Shown: positions 36,446 to 48,040, counted from the first letter of the stretch. The stretch is DNA of 64,000 nt from an uncultured Bacteroidales bacterium (GCA_964511665.1 CAZEHA010000016.1:242-64241); one strand, 5' to 3'. Program-made: numbers and translations. The notes: generated by a model from the letters alone, not told the origin.

Positions 36446-36602
36446 TGTTATTATTCTTAATTCTTCGAGACCGCAAAAGTAAATTATTTCGTGTAATATT
36501 TAAAACATTATAGTAAAATTTATTGTGCGTAAATCCATCTGCTCAAATAAAGCAATTTCGACTACACCGAAATTTTGCTATTTTTACGCAAAATTGGATT
36601 TT

Positions 36603-37685
36603 ATGTTCCTGAAGCGGTTATCGTTGATAAATTTCAGAAATTTCGAATCGCTCGAATACGAAGCATCTCCGCGCATTAACTGGTTTACCGGAAATAATGG
36701 CGTAGGAAAAACCAATATTCTTGATGCCATTCACTATTTGTCGTTTTCGAAAAGTTTTATTAGCACTTCCGACAAACTGAACATTACACACGGCTGCGAT
36801 ATGTTTCTGGTGCAAGGCGAATATGTGCGCAACAGAACCAGCGAACTTGTTTATTGTGCTCTTAAATCAGGACAAAAAAAAGTATTTAAGCGCAATGGTA
36901 AAGAATATTCAAAAATGGCCGATCATATTGGCGTAATACCGCTGGTGTATTCTCTTCCGTCTGATTCAAATCTCATTTTTGCCGGAAGCGATGTGCGCAG
37001 GCGTTTTATCGACATGAGCATTTCACAATTCGACTCCAACTACCTGAACAACATTATTACCTATAACCGCGCGCTCGAACAACGCAATAAACTATTGAAA
37101 GACCTGGCAACCAACACCAGCTTCGACAAAGACAGTTTTGATGTCTGGGATGAAATACTCGCTGCCAAGTCAACAGCCATTTTTTCGATTCGTCGCGATT
37201 TTATTGCCGCTTTCGAACAAAACTTTCAGCAATACTTTAACCAAATATCCACATCAAGTGAACGGGTTTCACTACAATATCGAAGTCAGCTTTGGGAACA
37301 CAACCCTATCGACCTGCTTCGTAAATCGATGAAACGCGACATGGCTTTGCAATATACAACTACAGGAATTCACAAAGACGATCTTGTTTTTGGCTTGAAC
37401 GATTATATGTTGAAAAACACGGGTTCGCAAGGGCAACAAAAATCATATTTGGCCGCCTTGAAATTTGCCCAGTATGATTTTATCAAAAATAAGACCGGTT
37501 TGGAACCAATTTTGCTACTGGATGATATCTTCGATAAACTTGATAATAACAGGGTGGAACAAATAATACATATAGTTTCGGGGCAGCAATTCGGTCAAAT
37601 TTTCATAACACATACCGATGAAGCGAGAATAACCGGTATAATGAAAAATATTCACATTGATAATAATATCTTAAAACTTGATTAA
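36603..37685 (+). CDS. recF: DNA replication/repair protein RecF
   Basis: NFRN, GNNGVGKTN, RRRFID, GSQGQQK, LLLDDIFDKLD; start at ATG 36603. Confidence 0.95.
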   Translation: MFLKRLSLINFRNFESLEYEASPRINWFTGNNGVGKTNILDAIHYLSFSKSFISTSDKLNITHGCDMFLVQGEYVRNRTSELVYCALKSGQKKVFKRNGKEYSKMADHIGVIPLVYSLPSDSNLIFAGSDVRRRFIDMSISQFDSNYLNNIITYNRALEQRNKLLKDLATNTSFDKDSFDVWDEILAAKSTAIFSIRRDFIAAFEQNFQQYFNQISTSSERVSLQYRSQLWEHNPIDLLRKSMKRDMALQYTTTGIHKDDLVFGLNDYMLKNTGSQGQQKSYLAALKFAQYDFIKNKTGLEPILLLDDIFDKLDNNRVEQIIHIVSGQQFGQIFITHTDEARITGIMKNIHIDNNILKLD

Positions 37686-37686
37686 T

Positions 37687-38130
37687 ATGAAAAATTTATT
37701 TTTGTTGATTTTTTTTATATTTACAACCATTATTTCGTTTTCGCAAAACAAAAACAAAAGTAATTTGTGTTTGCAAAACGAAAAGTACATGGTGGGAACG
37801 TGGAAAATGGACACAATTGTAATAAAAGAAGATTTCGATATGGGCGATTATGCAGCTTTGTATCAGGAAAAGTTTAAAATACTAAAAGACAGCACCTACT
37901 TTGTGTTTTCTAGCGACTTCAGCTACACAAAAATGAGTATGGGCAAATTAACGAAAGGAACATGGAACATCAGCCGCGATGGCACCATGATAAATGTTAA
38001 GATCGACGGACGCGACACCGAAGAACAAAGCCGCATACTCGAGTTGAATGCCACGAAACTCATTATGTCGCCCATGAGCGAAAGTTCAAACTCGAAAGTG
38101 GTTATGTATAAAGAGAATCAACAACCATGA
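37687..38130 (+). CDS. Exported lipocalin-like protein
   Basis: Signal peptide; VGTWK and GTW motifs. Confidence 0.6.
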   Translation: MKNLFLLIFFIFTTIISFSQNKNKSNLCLQNEKYMVGTWKMDTIVIKEDFDMGDYAALYQEKFKILKDSTYFVFSSDFSYTKMSMGKLTKGTWNISRDGTMINVKIDGRDTEEQSRILELNATKLIMSPMSESSNSKVVMYKENQQP

Positions 38131-38567
38131 ACAATAAGCGTAACCGTCGATTAATAATTGCCGTTGACTTTGATGGAACCATTGTAGAGCATAAATATCC
38201 GGCTATAGGTCAGGAGGTTCCGCATGCATTTGTGGTGCTTCGCGAACTTCAGGAAGCCGGGCACAAGCTTATTTTATGGACATTTCGCGATGGCGAATAT
38301 CTGAATGATGCAGTAGAGTATTGCCTGAATAACGGTATTATGTTTTATGCAGTGAACCAAAGCTCTCCCAACGAAGAATTCAACAAATACATGAGCAGGA
38401 AAATTCATGCCGATATTTTTATCGACGACAGAAATGTAGGAGGATTTCCAGGCTGGCTGCAAATAAGAGAATGGCTGATACCCGAAAACGCCGACATACC
38501 ATTGAATGATTCTAACAGAAGCAACGGAAAAAAGAAAGGAGGCTTCTTTAAAGACTTTTTTGGATAA
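38127..38567 (+). CDS. HAD-family phosphatase (BT0820-like)
   Basis: IAVDFDGTIV, LWTFR, KIHADIFIDDRN. Confidence 0.85.
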   Translation: MNNKRNRRLIIAVDFDGTIVEHKYPAIGQEVPHAFVVLRELQEAGHKLILWTFRDGEYLNDAVEYCLNNGIMFYAVNQSSPNEEFNKYMSRKIHADIFIDDRNVGGFPGWLQIREWLIPENADIPLNDSNRSNGKKKGGFFKDFFG

Positions 38568-38689
38568 ACAATTGCTTGATAACGGCTGTTATGTATACAA
38601 TATTTCTTTATGTATAATAATTACAATAGCGATTAAATCCATTCACAATTTGTCATATTTTTACACACGAACAATTAATTAAAAACACA

Positions 38690-41600
38690 ATGAAAAAAGC
38701 ATTTTTCGCAATTCTTATTACTGCTTTTGTTATTAACGCTTTTGCGCAACAAAGCGCCAAGCTGTCGGTTAATGGTCAAGGGCTCAATCTGGTTACCAAC
38801 ACCGATCAAATGTTTGTCTTTAGTAACTTTATCAGCACCATTGAGTTTAAAGAAGCAAAAACAACAAATGGCTCATACACCCGAATGGTTATTGACGGAT
38901 ATACGCCAACTGCCGATATAGGCAAACCTGAATTACCCTCGATAAACCGTTTGATTGAAATCCCGACAGGAGCCAGAATTCGTACTCAGGTAGTGTCGTA
39001 CGAAGAACAAGTAATTCATTTAGACGAGCTTGGTTTAATAATGCCACTTATTCCTACCCAGCCTTCACTTTTCAAAAACGAGAACCCTGCCGATGTAGAA
39101 TTTTTTAAAGACATTAATTTTTACAATGGGAGTAGTTCGTACGAGCCCGAGTTGATTCAAATTGAAATGCAAAGCAAAATGCGCGGGATGAACATTGCAA
39201 AACTGATAATTCAACCCTTCAGCTACGATGCAGCCTCAAATACACTTACGGTAAAGAACAATCTGGTTGTTGAAATTCATTTTGATGATGCCGAATTTAA
39301 CGAATACTCCAATCAAAAAGAAAAATACTATTCACCGGCTTTCGAAACGGCCTACAATAGAGTATGGAATTATCGGGCACCGGCAACAAAAGATGCCTTG
39401 TCGCAATATCCCATTACTTATGTTATTGTTTCCGACCCCATGTTTCAGGACGCATTGCAGGATTTCATTGAATGGAAAACGAAAAAAGGTTTTTATGTTA
39501 TAGAAGCCTATACCAATAATCCTGAGGTAGGAAATACAGTTGCAGGCATTAAAGCATTTCTGAAAAACCTGTACGACAATGGCACGCCCAACAATCCGGC
39601 ACCTACTTATGTGCTGTTTGTAGGTGATGTTGCCCAAATTCCGGTGACCACAGTAAGTCAGCATGTTACCGATATGTACACTGTGGAATTTGATGGCGGA
39701 GGCGACTATATCCCCGAAATGTATTTTGGCCGTTTTTCGGCTACAAGCGTAGCTCAATTATTGCCTCAGATTGAAAAAACACTGATGTATGAACAATACA
39801 GCTTTCCGAATCCGGATTTCTTATCGGAAGTTGTGCTTGTGGCCGGCGAAGACAGCAACTACGGACCAACACATGCCAACGGACAAATAAACTATGCCCA
39901 CCAATACTACTTTAACGAGGACCACGGAGCTTCAACCCCGTACGTATATTTATATCCGGCTTCGGGTAGTTCGGCCAGTGCTATTATTGCCAATCTGAGT
40001 CAGGGCGTTGGTTTTGTGAACTACACTGCCCATTGTGGCTCGAATGGCTGGGGCGGACCTTCGTTTACAACTACACAAATACCCGGACTGCAAAATCAGG
40101 ATGAATATTTCTTTAGCATTGGTAATTGCTGCCTATCGAACAAATTCAACGAAGCTGAGTGTTTTGGCGAAGCACTGCTACGAGCCGACAAAAAAGGCGC
40201 CGTTGTGCACATTGGTGGTTCAAACAATACCCTCTGGAACGAAGATTTCTATTGGAGTGTGGGTGTAACATCAACCGTTACAGCCAATCCAACCTATGCC
40301 AACACATCGACAGCAGCCTACGACCATTTGTTTCACGAGAACATGGAAGATCCGTATGTAACCGCATATCAGATGACCTATATTGGAAATATGGCAGTAA
40401 TGCAAGGTAGTGCCAATCAGGCAAAATATTACTGGGAAATTTATCATGTAATGGGCGATCCGTCTCTCATGCCCTATGTGGGTATTCCTCCGGCAATGAA
40501 TGTTGAATATACTCCTTCGCTGCCCATTGGCGTAGACCAATTAATGGTTACCACCGAACCCGGAGCTTATGTAGCTATTAGCAACGAAGGCGTTTTGCTT
40601 GATGCCCAACTTGCCGACAGCAACGGAGAAGCATTATTGCAGTTTGAATCTTTTGCTACAGTAGCCAATGCCGACATAGTTGTTACAAAACAATTTCGTC
40701 AGCCTTATATTGGAACACTTCAGGTTATTCCTAACGACAACGATTACGATGTAATGCTAAAAACAATTGTTTTGCCGGCAAACATTATGAATGTAGCAGA
40801 TGCTACGTTTCAACCGGAGGTGCAAATAATGAATCTGGGCCAGTTAGCTCTTACTTCTGCCAGCGTTTCCTACCAAATTGACGAAAATACACCTGTATTG
40901 ATTACATGGGAAGGAAATATCGGATTTCTTGAAACAGCTACAGTGGTATTTCCCGAAATAAGTCTTAACGTAGGACAATATGTTTTTGCCGCCACTACCG
41001 ATAATCCCAATGGAGAACAAGATCAATTCCCATCGAACAACCAAGCCAGCCGAAACGTATTGGTATATTCGGGCAATGTAAGTCTTGTTGAGGTATTGGC
41101 TCCCATCGACCTGTATTGCAATCAGGTGATGTTTGAACCTGTTATCAGAATCAGGAACCTCGATGCAACTCCACTTACCAGCCTTGTTTGTGGTTTCACA
41201 GTAAACTCTACATCGTACGAGTTCACATGGGAGGGTAATGTTGCACAAAACGAATATGCCGAAATAACATTCCCCAACTGGTGGTTCATATCCGGCACCT
41301 ACACAATGAATTTCTATATCAATTCGCCCAATGGCGGCACCGACATGAATGATAGCGACAACACAGCTTCAAAGAGCTTCCGCATCAATTCACCCGGGCA
41401 ACTGGTGCGCTTTACACTGCTCACCGACAACTACGGCAGCGAAGTTACCTGGGCGCTCACCGAAGATGCCAGTTCAGATGTGGTGTATTCGGGAGGCCCT
41501 TACTCTGATGCGGTGCAAACCTACGAATTCGACTGGTGTCTTGCCAATGGTTGCTATACTTTTACGATTTACGACTCGTATGGCGACGGGATGAGCGGAA

Positions 41601-41983
41601 CCTGGTGGTGGGGTATTCCTCCCGGAAATATCAACATTACCAATCTCGAAACCGATGAAGTATATATAGATGCACTCGGCGATACCTATCAGCAAAGTAA
41701 ATCGGTAAGTTTCTGTATCGACATTAATGTAGGCCTTGATAATTCAGAAAATCAAAATCTCAGAATTTACCCCAACCCTGCAAGAGAAATACTAAATATA
41801 GCAGGAAGCGAAAACATCAACAGCATAACCGTGTACAATAGCCTTGGTCAGGTTGTAAACATTCATAACCCACAATCACACTCTTGCGCTATCAGTACAG
41901 AAAACATGCCCTCGGGAGTATATATTATCAGTGTTGAAACTGAATTCAGCTATAGTAAGCATCGAGTTGTTGTTACAAAATAA
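38690..41983 (+). CDS. C25 (gingipain-like) cysteine peptidase, T9SS substrate
   Basis: Signal peptide, propeptide GKPELP, YVLFVGD, catalytic NYTAHC and NCC, GDPSL, two Ig/CARDB-like repeats, C-terminal IYPNPA...GVYII. Confidence 0.9.
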   Translation: MKKAFFAILITAFVINAFAQQSAKLSVNGQGLNLVTNTDQMFVFSNFISTIEFKEAKTTNGSYTRMVIDGYTPTADIGKPELPSINRLIEIPTGARIRTQVVSYEEQVIHLDELGLIMPLIPTQPSLFKNENPADVEFFKDINFYNGSSSYEPELIQIEMQSKMRGMNIAKLIIQPFSYDAASNTLTVKNNLVVEIHFDDAEFNEYSNQKEKYYSPAFETAYNRVWNYRAPATKDALSQYPITYVIVSDPMFQDALQDFIEWKTKKGFYVIEAYTNNPEVGNTVAGIKAFLKNLYDNGTPNNPAPTYVLFVGDVAQIPVTTVSQHVTDMYTVEFDGGGDYIPEMYFGRFSATSVAQLLPQIEKTLMYEQYSFPNPDFLSEVVLVAGEDSNYGPTHANGQINYAHQYYFNEDHGASTPYVYLYPASGSSASAIIANLSQGVGFVNYTAHCGSNGWGGPSFTTTQIPGLQNQDEYFFSIGNCCLSNKFNEAECFGEALLRADKKGAVVHIGGSNNTLWNEDFYWSVGVTSTVTANPTYANTSTAAYDHLFHENMEDPYVTAYQMTYIGNMAVMQGSANQAKYYWEIYHVMGDPSLMPYVGIPPAMNVEYTPSLPIGVDQLMVTTEPGAYVAISNEGVLLDAQLADSNGEALLQFESFATVANADIVVTKQFRQPYIGTLQVIPNDNDYDVMLKTIVLPANIMNVADATFQPEVQIMNLGQLALTSASVSYQIDENTPVLITWEGNIGFLETATVVFPEISLNVGQYVFAATTDNPNGEQDQFPSNNQASRNVLVYSGNVSLVEVLAPIDLYCNQVMFEPVIRIRNLDATPLTSLVCGFTVNSTSYEFTWEGNVAQNEYAEITFPNWWFISGTYTMNFYINSPNGGTDMNDSDNTASKSFRINSPGQLVRFTLLTDNYGSEVTWALTEDASSDVVYSGGPYSDAVQTYEFDWCLANGCYTFTIYDSYGDGMSGTWWWGIPPGNINITNLETDEVYIDALGDTYQQSKSVSFCIDINVGLDNSENQNLRIYPNPAREILNIAGSENINSITVYNSLGQVVNIHNPQSHSCAISTENMPSGVYIISVETEFSYSKHRVVVTK

Positions 41984-41991
41984 ACTGAATG

Positions 41992-42021
41992 AAAAAGCTG
42001 CTTGTTGAAGCAGCTTTTTTT
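41992..42021 (+). terminator. Rho-independent terminator
   Basis: AAAAAGCTGCTT-GTTG-AAGCAGC followed by a T-run. Confidence 0.8.
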
Positions 42022-42029
42022 TGCAAATT

Positions 42030-42335
42030 ATGAAAAAAAAGAAAACGGTACAACCCAAGTACGACTGGGAAATGTTCAAGCTATTTGGAGGTTTGGGGAG
42101 TTTTTTCGTTGCCTTAGGCATATTTTTGTTCTATGTAGCCTACACAGCCCCCGAACCGAAGCAATCGTCGAACGACATGAGTTTGGGACGTGAACTTATG
42201 CGTATGATTCCCAGCGAAACTACCGAAGCAATCGTTATGGGTTTTGCCGTACTCATGTTTTTGTTTGGGGTTTTTCTATTACTAAATTGCTTGTACCGAA
42301 GTGTTAAATACTGGCTATTGAAAGCAAAAACCTAA
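42030..42335 (+). CDS. Small two-TM membrane protein
   Basis: Two hydrophobic segments. Confidence 0.55.
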   Translation: MKKKKTVQPKYDWEMFKLFGGLGSFFVALGIFLFYVAYTAPEPKQSSNDMSLGRELMRMIPSETTEAIVMGFAVLMFLFGVFLLLNCLYRSVKYWLLKAKT

Positions 42336-42341
42336 CACTTT

Positions 42342-44450
42342 TCAACTGATTTTTCTCCATTCGGTTGACATTGGATTTAACCTTTTCAATTGTTGAATCA
42401 ATATAAGGTTTTCGTCTTTTTGCAAACCGGCATCATCTGATAGAATTGCCTCGGCTATTTGCCTTACATACAGCAGTATTTGACCATCTTTGGCCAGATT
42501 GGCCACCCTGAGGTTCAGTTCGAAGCCACTTTGCCTTGTTCCTTCGATGTCGCCGGGTCCTCTGAGCCGCATATCGGCTTCGGCTAAGGCAAATCCATCG
42601 TTTGTTTCAACCATGGCTTCGATACGCCTGATGGCATTTTCCGAAATCTTATTGCCGGTCATCAAAATACAATACGATTGATCGCTGCCCCTACCTACCC
42701 TTCCCCTAAGCTGATGCAATTGCGACAGGCCAAAACGCTCGGCACTCTCTACCACAATCATACATGCATTAGGCACGTCGACACCTACTTCAATAACAGT
42801 GGTAGCAATCAATATATTGGCCTCCCCCGAAGCAAACCACTGCATCGAGAACTCTTTGTCGGCCGGTTTCATGCGACCGTGCACCACAGCTACGCCGTAA
42901 TGCGGAGGAGGGAATGCTCTGGTTATACCTTCGATTCCGTCTTCAAGGGTCTTATAATCGAGTTTTTCCGATTCTTCTATTAATGGATACACCACATAAA
43001 TTTGTTTTCCTGCATCGATTAGTTTCCTCATCCATCCAAACACCTTGAGGCGGTCGGCGTCGGTGGCATGCCGTGTAATAATTGGTTTACGTCCCGGCGG
43101 CATTTCATCGATAACACACACATCCAAATCGCCATACAGGGTCATGGCAAGCGTTCTTGGGATAGGTGTTGCTGTCATTATCAGTATATGTGGAGGTTTT
43201 TCGTTCTTCTCCCACAGGGCTGCACGTTGTGCCACCCCAAAACGATGTTGCTCGTCGATAACCACGAGACCAAGATTGTGAAAAACCACGGTATCTTCTA
43301 TTAAAGCATGAGTCCCCACCAAAATCTTAAGTTCACCATTGCTTACCTGTTCATATATCAGCTTGCGTTCAGCTTTTTTGGTGCTGCCTGTAAGCAAGGC
43401 AAAGTTCACATCGAGGCCATCGAGATACTTTTTAAAAGAAGCGTAATGCTGTTGTGCCAAAATCTCGGTAGGTACCATGATACAAGTCTGAAATCCGTTA
43501 TCAACGGCTATCAGCATGCTAAGCAATGCCACCAAGGTTTTACCACTACCCACATCGCCCTGCAACAACACATTCATTTGCCGGCCACTTTCCAAAAACT
43601 TTCTTATCTCTTGCAGCACCTGTGTTTGTGCGCGGGTAAGCCGGAACGGGATATTCTTAAAGAAACATTCCTTAACCAGCTTATCGTTCATCTTCGAAAA
43701 TACATAACCTTGTGAACGCTCGTTGCGCATCTGCTTCATCCTTAGAATCTTCAGCTGAATATAAAACAACTCCTCAAACTTAAAGCGATATTGTGCTTTA
43801 TTAAGGGTTTCAACCGAAGTAGGAAAATGCATCTCACCAATAGCTTCAGCAAGTGGCATCAATTGATATTTCTGCACAATATACGAAGGGAGAGTTTCGT
43901 AAACCGACCTGTATGATTGTTTCCACAGAGTTTCGATAATACGTTGCAAAGCACGGCTGTTAACGCCGCTATTCTTCATTTTCTCGCTGGTGTTGTACAT
44001 GGGCGTTAGGTCTTTGGTGAGACGTTGCTGCCAATGCCCCAGCACTTCAATCTCGGGATGCACAATGTTTAGTCGCGAACCATACCTAACAGGCTTGCCG
44101 AACAACACATATTCAACAGGTGCCGAATAAGCCTCTGCTATCCATTTCAAACCTTTAAACCACAGTATTTCGATACTGCCCGTTTCGTCAGAAAAGATGG
44201 CACTTAAGCGTTGTCGACCCCGGGTCCCCGACAATATGAATTTACCGAATCGCCCTTTTATCTGAATATACGGAAGGTCTTCGGTAATTTGCGAGATGGT
44301 GTAAAACTTCGATCGGTCGATGTAGCGGTAGGGAAAATAATATAGCATATCGGTAAAGCGCTCTACACCGATTTCGCTACGCAGCAATTCTGCCTTCTTG
44401 GGACCAACACCCGGCAAAAACTGTATGTTCGATTCCAATACCTTATCCAT
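42342..44450 (-). CDS. recG: ATP-dependent DNA helicase RecG
   Basis: QGDVGSGKT, DEQHRFG, MTATPIPR, QLHQLRGRVGRG, RGPG. Confidence 0.96.
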   Translation of the reverse strand: MDKVLESNIQFLPGVGPKKAELLRSEIGVERFTDMLYYFPYRYIDRSKFYTISQITEDLPYIQIKGRFGKFILSGTRGRQRLSAIFSDETGSIEILWFKGLKWIAEAYSAPVEYVLFGKPVRYGSRLNIVHPEIEVLGHWQQRLTKDLTPMYNTSEKMKNSGVNSRALQRIIETLWKQSYRSVYETLPSYIVQKYQLMPLAEAIGEMHFPTSVETLNKAQYRFKFEELFYIQLKILRMKQMRNERSQGYVFSKMNDKLVKECFFKNIPFRLTRAQTQVLQEIRKFLESGRQMNVLLQGDVGSGKTLVALLSMLIAVDNGFQTCIMVPTEILAQQHYASFKKYLDGLDVNFALLTGSTKKAERKLIYEQVSNGELKILVGTHALIEDTVVFHNLGLVVIDEQHRFGVAQRAALWEKNEKPPHILIMTATPIPRTLAMTLYGDLDVCVIDEMPPGRKPIITRHATDADRLKVFGWMRKLIDAGKQIYVVYPLIEESEKLDYKTLEDGIEGITRAFPPPHYGVAVVHGRMKPADKEFSMQWFASGEANILIATTVIEVGVDVPNACMIVVESAERFGLSQLHQLRGRVGRGSDQSYCILMTGNKISENAIRRIEAMVETNDGFALAEADMRLRGPGDIEGTRQSGFELNLRVANLAKDGQILLYVRQIAEAILSDDAGLQKDENLILIQQLKRLNPMSTEWRKIS

Positions 44451-44534
44451 GAACAAAAATCAAATTCAATGTTACGAATTTTTTCGCAATCTTCCGAAAT
44501 TTTACTTACTTTCGGAATAATTGTTCTATGAACT

Positions 44535-45302
44535 GTGTTTATCGATTTCTCATATCTGTGGCGTTCTCGCGGTTTCGCAAGTATTGGCGACAATTCGTTG
44601 CGTAATATGCTAGCCGAAGTGTTTGCCGACACCCAAAACGAGTCAGGGTTTTTGGCAATAGAATCGGAGCGGAACCGCCTGTTGAACAGTAAGCAAACAA
44701 TTATTGTTACCGATATGGGAGCCGGATCACGGGTATTCAAAAGCACCATGCGCAATGTGGCCCGCATTGCCAGTGTAAGTTTGTCGTCAACCATCGAATG
44801 CCAGCGATTGTTCCGTCTTTGTAGTTGGGCACAATGCAGTCAGATACTCGAACTGGGAACTTCGCTGGGTATTTCAACGGCCTATCTCGCAACGGCAATG
44901 CCTTCTTCGTCGGTTCACAGTATTGAAGCCTGCCCTGCTACCCTGCAACTAGCCCATGAAGTATTCGAAAACCTGAAACTTCAGAACATAAAAACATATA
45001 ATACGGTATTCGATTGTGCAATAGAAGAAAGCAAACGGGTAGGCACCAAATTCGATTTGGTTTACATCGACGGCGACCATAACGGGGGTAATACACTGAG
45101 CTATGTGAAGCAGTTACACAACGGTTTGCTCAACGAAAAACACATTCTGGTATTCGACGATATAACATGGTCGGCAGATATGTTTCGGTTTTGGACTGAC
45201 CTGGTTACGAACGGCACAGCATGTTACCTGAGAACACGCAAGCGCGGGTATGTGTTCGCGGGTTTTGGATTCAAACAACAATATATTGTGTTGCGAAAAT
45301 AA
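44535..45302 (+). CDS. Class I SAM-dependent O-methyltransferase
   Basis: LELGTSLGIST, DLVYIDGDH, VFDDI; start uncertain. Confidence 0.8.
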   Translation: MFIDFSYLWRSRGFASIGDNSLRNMLAEVFADTQNESGFLAIESERNRLLNSKQTIIVTDMGAGSRVFKSTMRNVARIASVSLSSTIECQRLFRLCSWAQCSQILELGTSLGISTAYLATAMPSSSVHSIEACPATLQLAHEVFENLKLQNIKTYNTVFDCAIEESKRVGTKFDLVYIDGDHNGGNTLSYVKQLHNGLLNEKHILVFDDITWSADMFRFWTDLVTNGTACYLRTRKRGYVFAGFGFKQQYIVLRK

Positions 45303-45444
45303 AAATTGACTGTGCATGCAGGTGTGCAAACATAAAAATTAGATTTTTCACCACCCGGTTTATTATGTTTATTGTTAAAGATTTCTAAATCGACAGTCAA
45401 CTTTCAGTATTTTACATTACTTTCGTTGCATAACAACATAGCCC

Positions 45445-46152
45445 ATGCCACAGGATATTGTGATAGAACTTGAAAATGCCGTTAAAGACTATTATGTTGG
45501 CATACATACTGTTCATGCTTTACGGCAAGTAAATCTGGAAATCAGGCGCAACGAATTCACTGCTATCATGGGGCCCTCGGGTTCGGGAAAATCTACCCTG
45601 ATGAACATAATCGGGTGTCTCGACAGTCTAACTTCGGGCTCTTACGTGTTGAACGGAACCAATGTTAGCGAGATGACCGACAACCAGTTGGCAGCAATAC
45701 GAAACAAAGAGATAGGATTTGTTTTTCAGACTTTTAACTTATTACCCCGCTATTCTGCATTGGACAATGTAATGCTTCCATTAATTTACGCAGGTGTACC
45801 ATCAAAAACCCGCAAGGCAATAGCCGAAGATGTACTGTTGAGTGTAGGACTCTCTGATCGTATGCATCACAAGCCCAACGAGTTATCGGGAGGTCAGCGC
45901 CAGCGTGTTGCCGTTGCCCGGGCACTGGTGAATAAGCCTTCTATAATTCTTGCCGACGAACCTACCGGAAATCTCGACACCAAAACATCGGAAGAAATTA
46001 TGGAATTACTGCGACTGATTCACAAGAATGGCAATACCATTGTGCTGGTAACTCACGAAGAAGACATTGCACTTCATGCACGAAGAATTGTAAGACTGCG
46101 CGATGGATTCATAGAATCGGATGCTATCAACGTAAATATTTATTCTCAATAG
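45445..46152 (+). CDS. ABC transporter ATP-binding protein (MacB/LolD-like)
   Basis: [32 protein letters not shown]. Confidence 0.92.
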   Translation: MPQDIVIELENAVKDYYVGIHTVHALRQVNLEIRRNEFTAIMGPSGSGKSTLMNIIGCLDSLTSGSYVLNGTNVSEMTDNQLAAIRNKEIGFVFQTFNLLPRYSALDNVMLPLIYAGVPSKTRKAIAEDVLLSVGLSDRMHHKPNELSGGQRQRVAVARALVNKPSIILADEPTGNLDTKTSEEIMELLRLIHKNGNTIVLVTHEEDIALHARRIVRLRDGFIESDAINVNIYSQ

Positions 46153-46423
46153 TTTTTCTGAGAAACCGACACGTATCACTTAGCTATCGATTTTCAAATT
46201 ATCATCATCAAATGAGTGTTGTTTTTTTTCTTTTGCAAAAAACACGTATATTGCATGTATTCTTTTGTTGTTGTTTATAGTTACTAACCTAAAACATAAC
46301 CAACATTTTTTGCAACCGTACTTAATGTAAAATATATTAATGCTTTTGAATTATTTGAACAGTTGTTCTCTTGAAAAACGCAAATATGATTGTATAGAAA
46401 AAAGACAGCTAAAATTTATCAAT

Positions 46424-48040
46424 ATGAGATATTACATACTGTTTTTCGCTATTTGGTGTGTTATAGGCCGTAACTATTCAAGTAGTCAGGTTATATTTCC
46501 TGCATTTCAGGGAAGCCACTATGTTCATCAATCTCAATGTGGTGACAGTGTAACATTTATTTACAATGGCACAGAAGTAAGCTATGGCATTGTAGAAAGC
46601 AATGGCAGATGCTGGTTAGACCGAAACCTTGGTGCTTTGCAGGTTGCAACAAGCAGCACAGATGCTGCTGCATACGGTGATTTATTCCAATGGGGCAGAG
46701 GCATTGATGGACATCAAACTCGAACTTCAGAAATTACGAATACTTTATCAAGCATAGATGATCCCGGACATGGTGATTTTATAGTAGCAACTGACTTTCC
46801 TTACGATTGGCGTGACCCACAGAACAACAGTTTATGGCAGGGTGTGAATGGAGTAAACAACCCCTGCCCACAGGGCTTTCGAATACCTACCGAAGTAGAG
46901 TTTAATGCAGAACGGGCAACTTGGAGCCCACAAAACGCAGATGGGGCCTTTGGCTCACCTCTGAAACTGCCAAAAGCGGGAAATCGCTTCGGTGGAAATG
47001 GCTTTCTCGAAAATGTTGATTCAAACGGTTTTTATTGGACTGGTGCAGTAGATGGTGGAACATACTCCCTCTTTCTATACATTGGAATAATAGATGTTTT
47101 AATTAGCAATAACGACCGTGCTGCTGGCTTTTCGGTTCGTTGCATTAAAGATTGCCCATACCCGGAGCAACCCACCCAAGGCTCTCATATTCCTGACCAT
47201 AATCAAATACAGTGGGGATGGAACACTTCTACTGGAGCAGATGGCTATAAATACAATACTGTAAACGACTTCGCAACAGCTACAGATAATGGCACAAGCA
47301 CATCATACACACAAGAAAGTTTAAACTGTGAAACATCCTATTCTTTATGGGTTTGGGCGTATAATGAGTGTGGAGCAAGTGATGTTTTGGTATTAAATGC
47401 AAGCACCGCTGCTTGCCCTTTTTCTTGCGGTAGTTCTTTTACCGACCCAAGAGACGGGAATGTGTACTCAACTGTACAAATAGTATCGAGGTGTTGGATG
47501 GCCGAAAATTTAAAAGCCACTACCTACAACGATAATGCCCCAATAACCAATATGGCAGATGTTGCCGATTGTGAAACATACACGCAAGGATCGTGTTCGT
47601 GGTACGAAAACGACCCGGTTACTTATGCCGATTATGGAGTATATTACACATGGTATGCAGTAGAAACAGGCAAGCTATGCCCAAACGGATGGCATGCTCC
47701 ATCGCAAACAGAATTTAACAATCTTGTTAATGACCTTGGTGGAACAACGCTTGCAGGAGGAGCACTGAAAGAAACTGGAACCGTTCACTGGAACGAACCC
47801 AACATAGGCGCTACAAATACATCGGGTTTTACAGCTCGGGGCGGTGGGCAATATTCGTGTCCGACAGGCTTTGGCGCTTTGGGAGTACATGCTGTTTTCT
47901 GGTCATCGACCGATGCTGCAACATCGCCTCCCGAGCAGCCTAGTGCTTATTTTCTTGGAATCCCTTCAGAAGACACTTATGTTGTGCTTTTTCCAATCAA
48001 TAAAACTGATGGATATAATGTTAGATGCATCAAAGATTAA
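46424..48040 (+). CDS. Exported protein with two FISUMP (Fibrobacter major paralogous) domains flanking an FN3-like domain
   Basis: WLDRNLGA..FQWGR..CPQGFRIPT..SVRCIKD and DPRDG..WMAENL..CPNGWHAP..NVRCIKD; probable start ATG 46424. Confidence 0.85.
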   Translation: MRYYILFFAIWCVIGRNYSSSQVIFPAFQGSHYVHQSQCGDSVTFIYNGTEVSYGIVESNGRCWLDRNLGALQVATSSTDAAAYGDLFQWGRGIDGHQTRTSEITNTLSSIDDPGHGDFIVATDFPYDWRDPQNNSLWQGVNGVNNPCPQGFRIPTEVEFNAERATWSPQNADGAFGSPLKLPKAGNRFGGNGFLENVDSNGFYWTGAVDGGTYSLFLYIGIIDVLISNNDRAAGFSVRCIKDCPYPEQPTQGSHIPDHNQIQWGWNTSTGADGYKYNTVNDFATATDNGTSTSYTQESLNCETSYSLWVWAYNECGASDVLVLNASTAACPFSCGSSFTDPRDGNVYSTVQIVSRCWMAENLKATTYNDNAPITNMADVADCETYTQGSCSWYENDPVTYADYGVYYTWYAVETGKLCPNGWHAPSQTEFNNLVNDLGGTTLAGGALKETGTVHWNEPNIGATNTSGFTARGGGQYSCPTGFGALGVHAVFWSSTDAATSPPEQPSAYFLGIPSEDTYVVLFPINKTDGYNVRCIKD

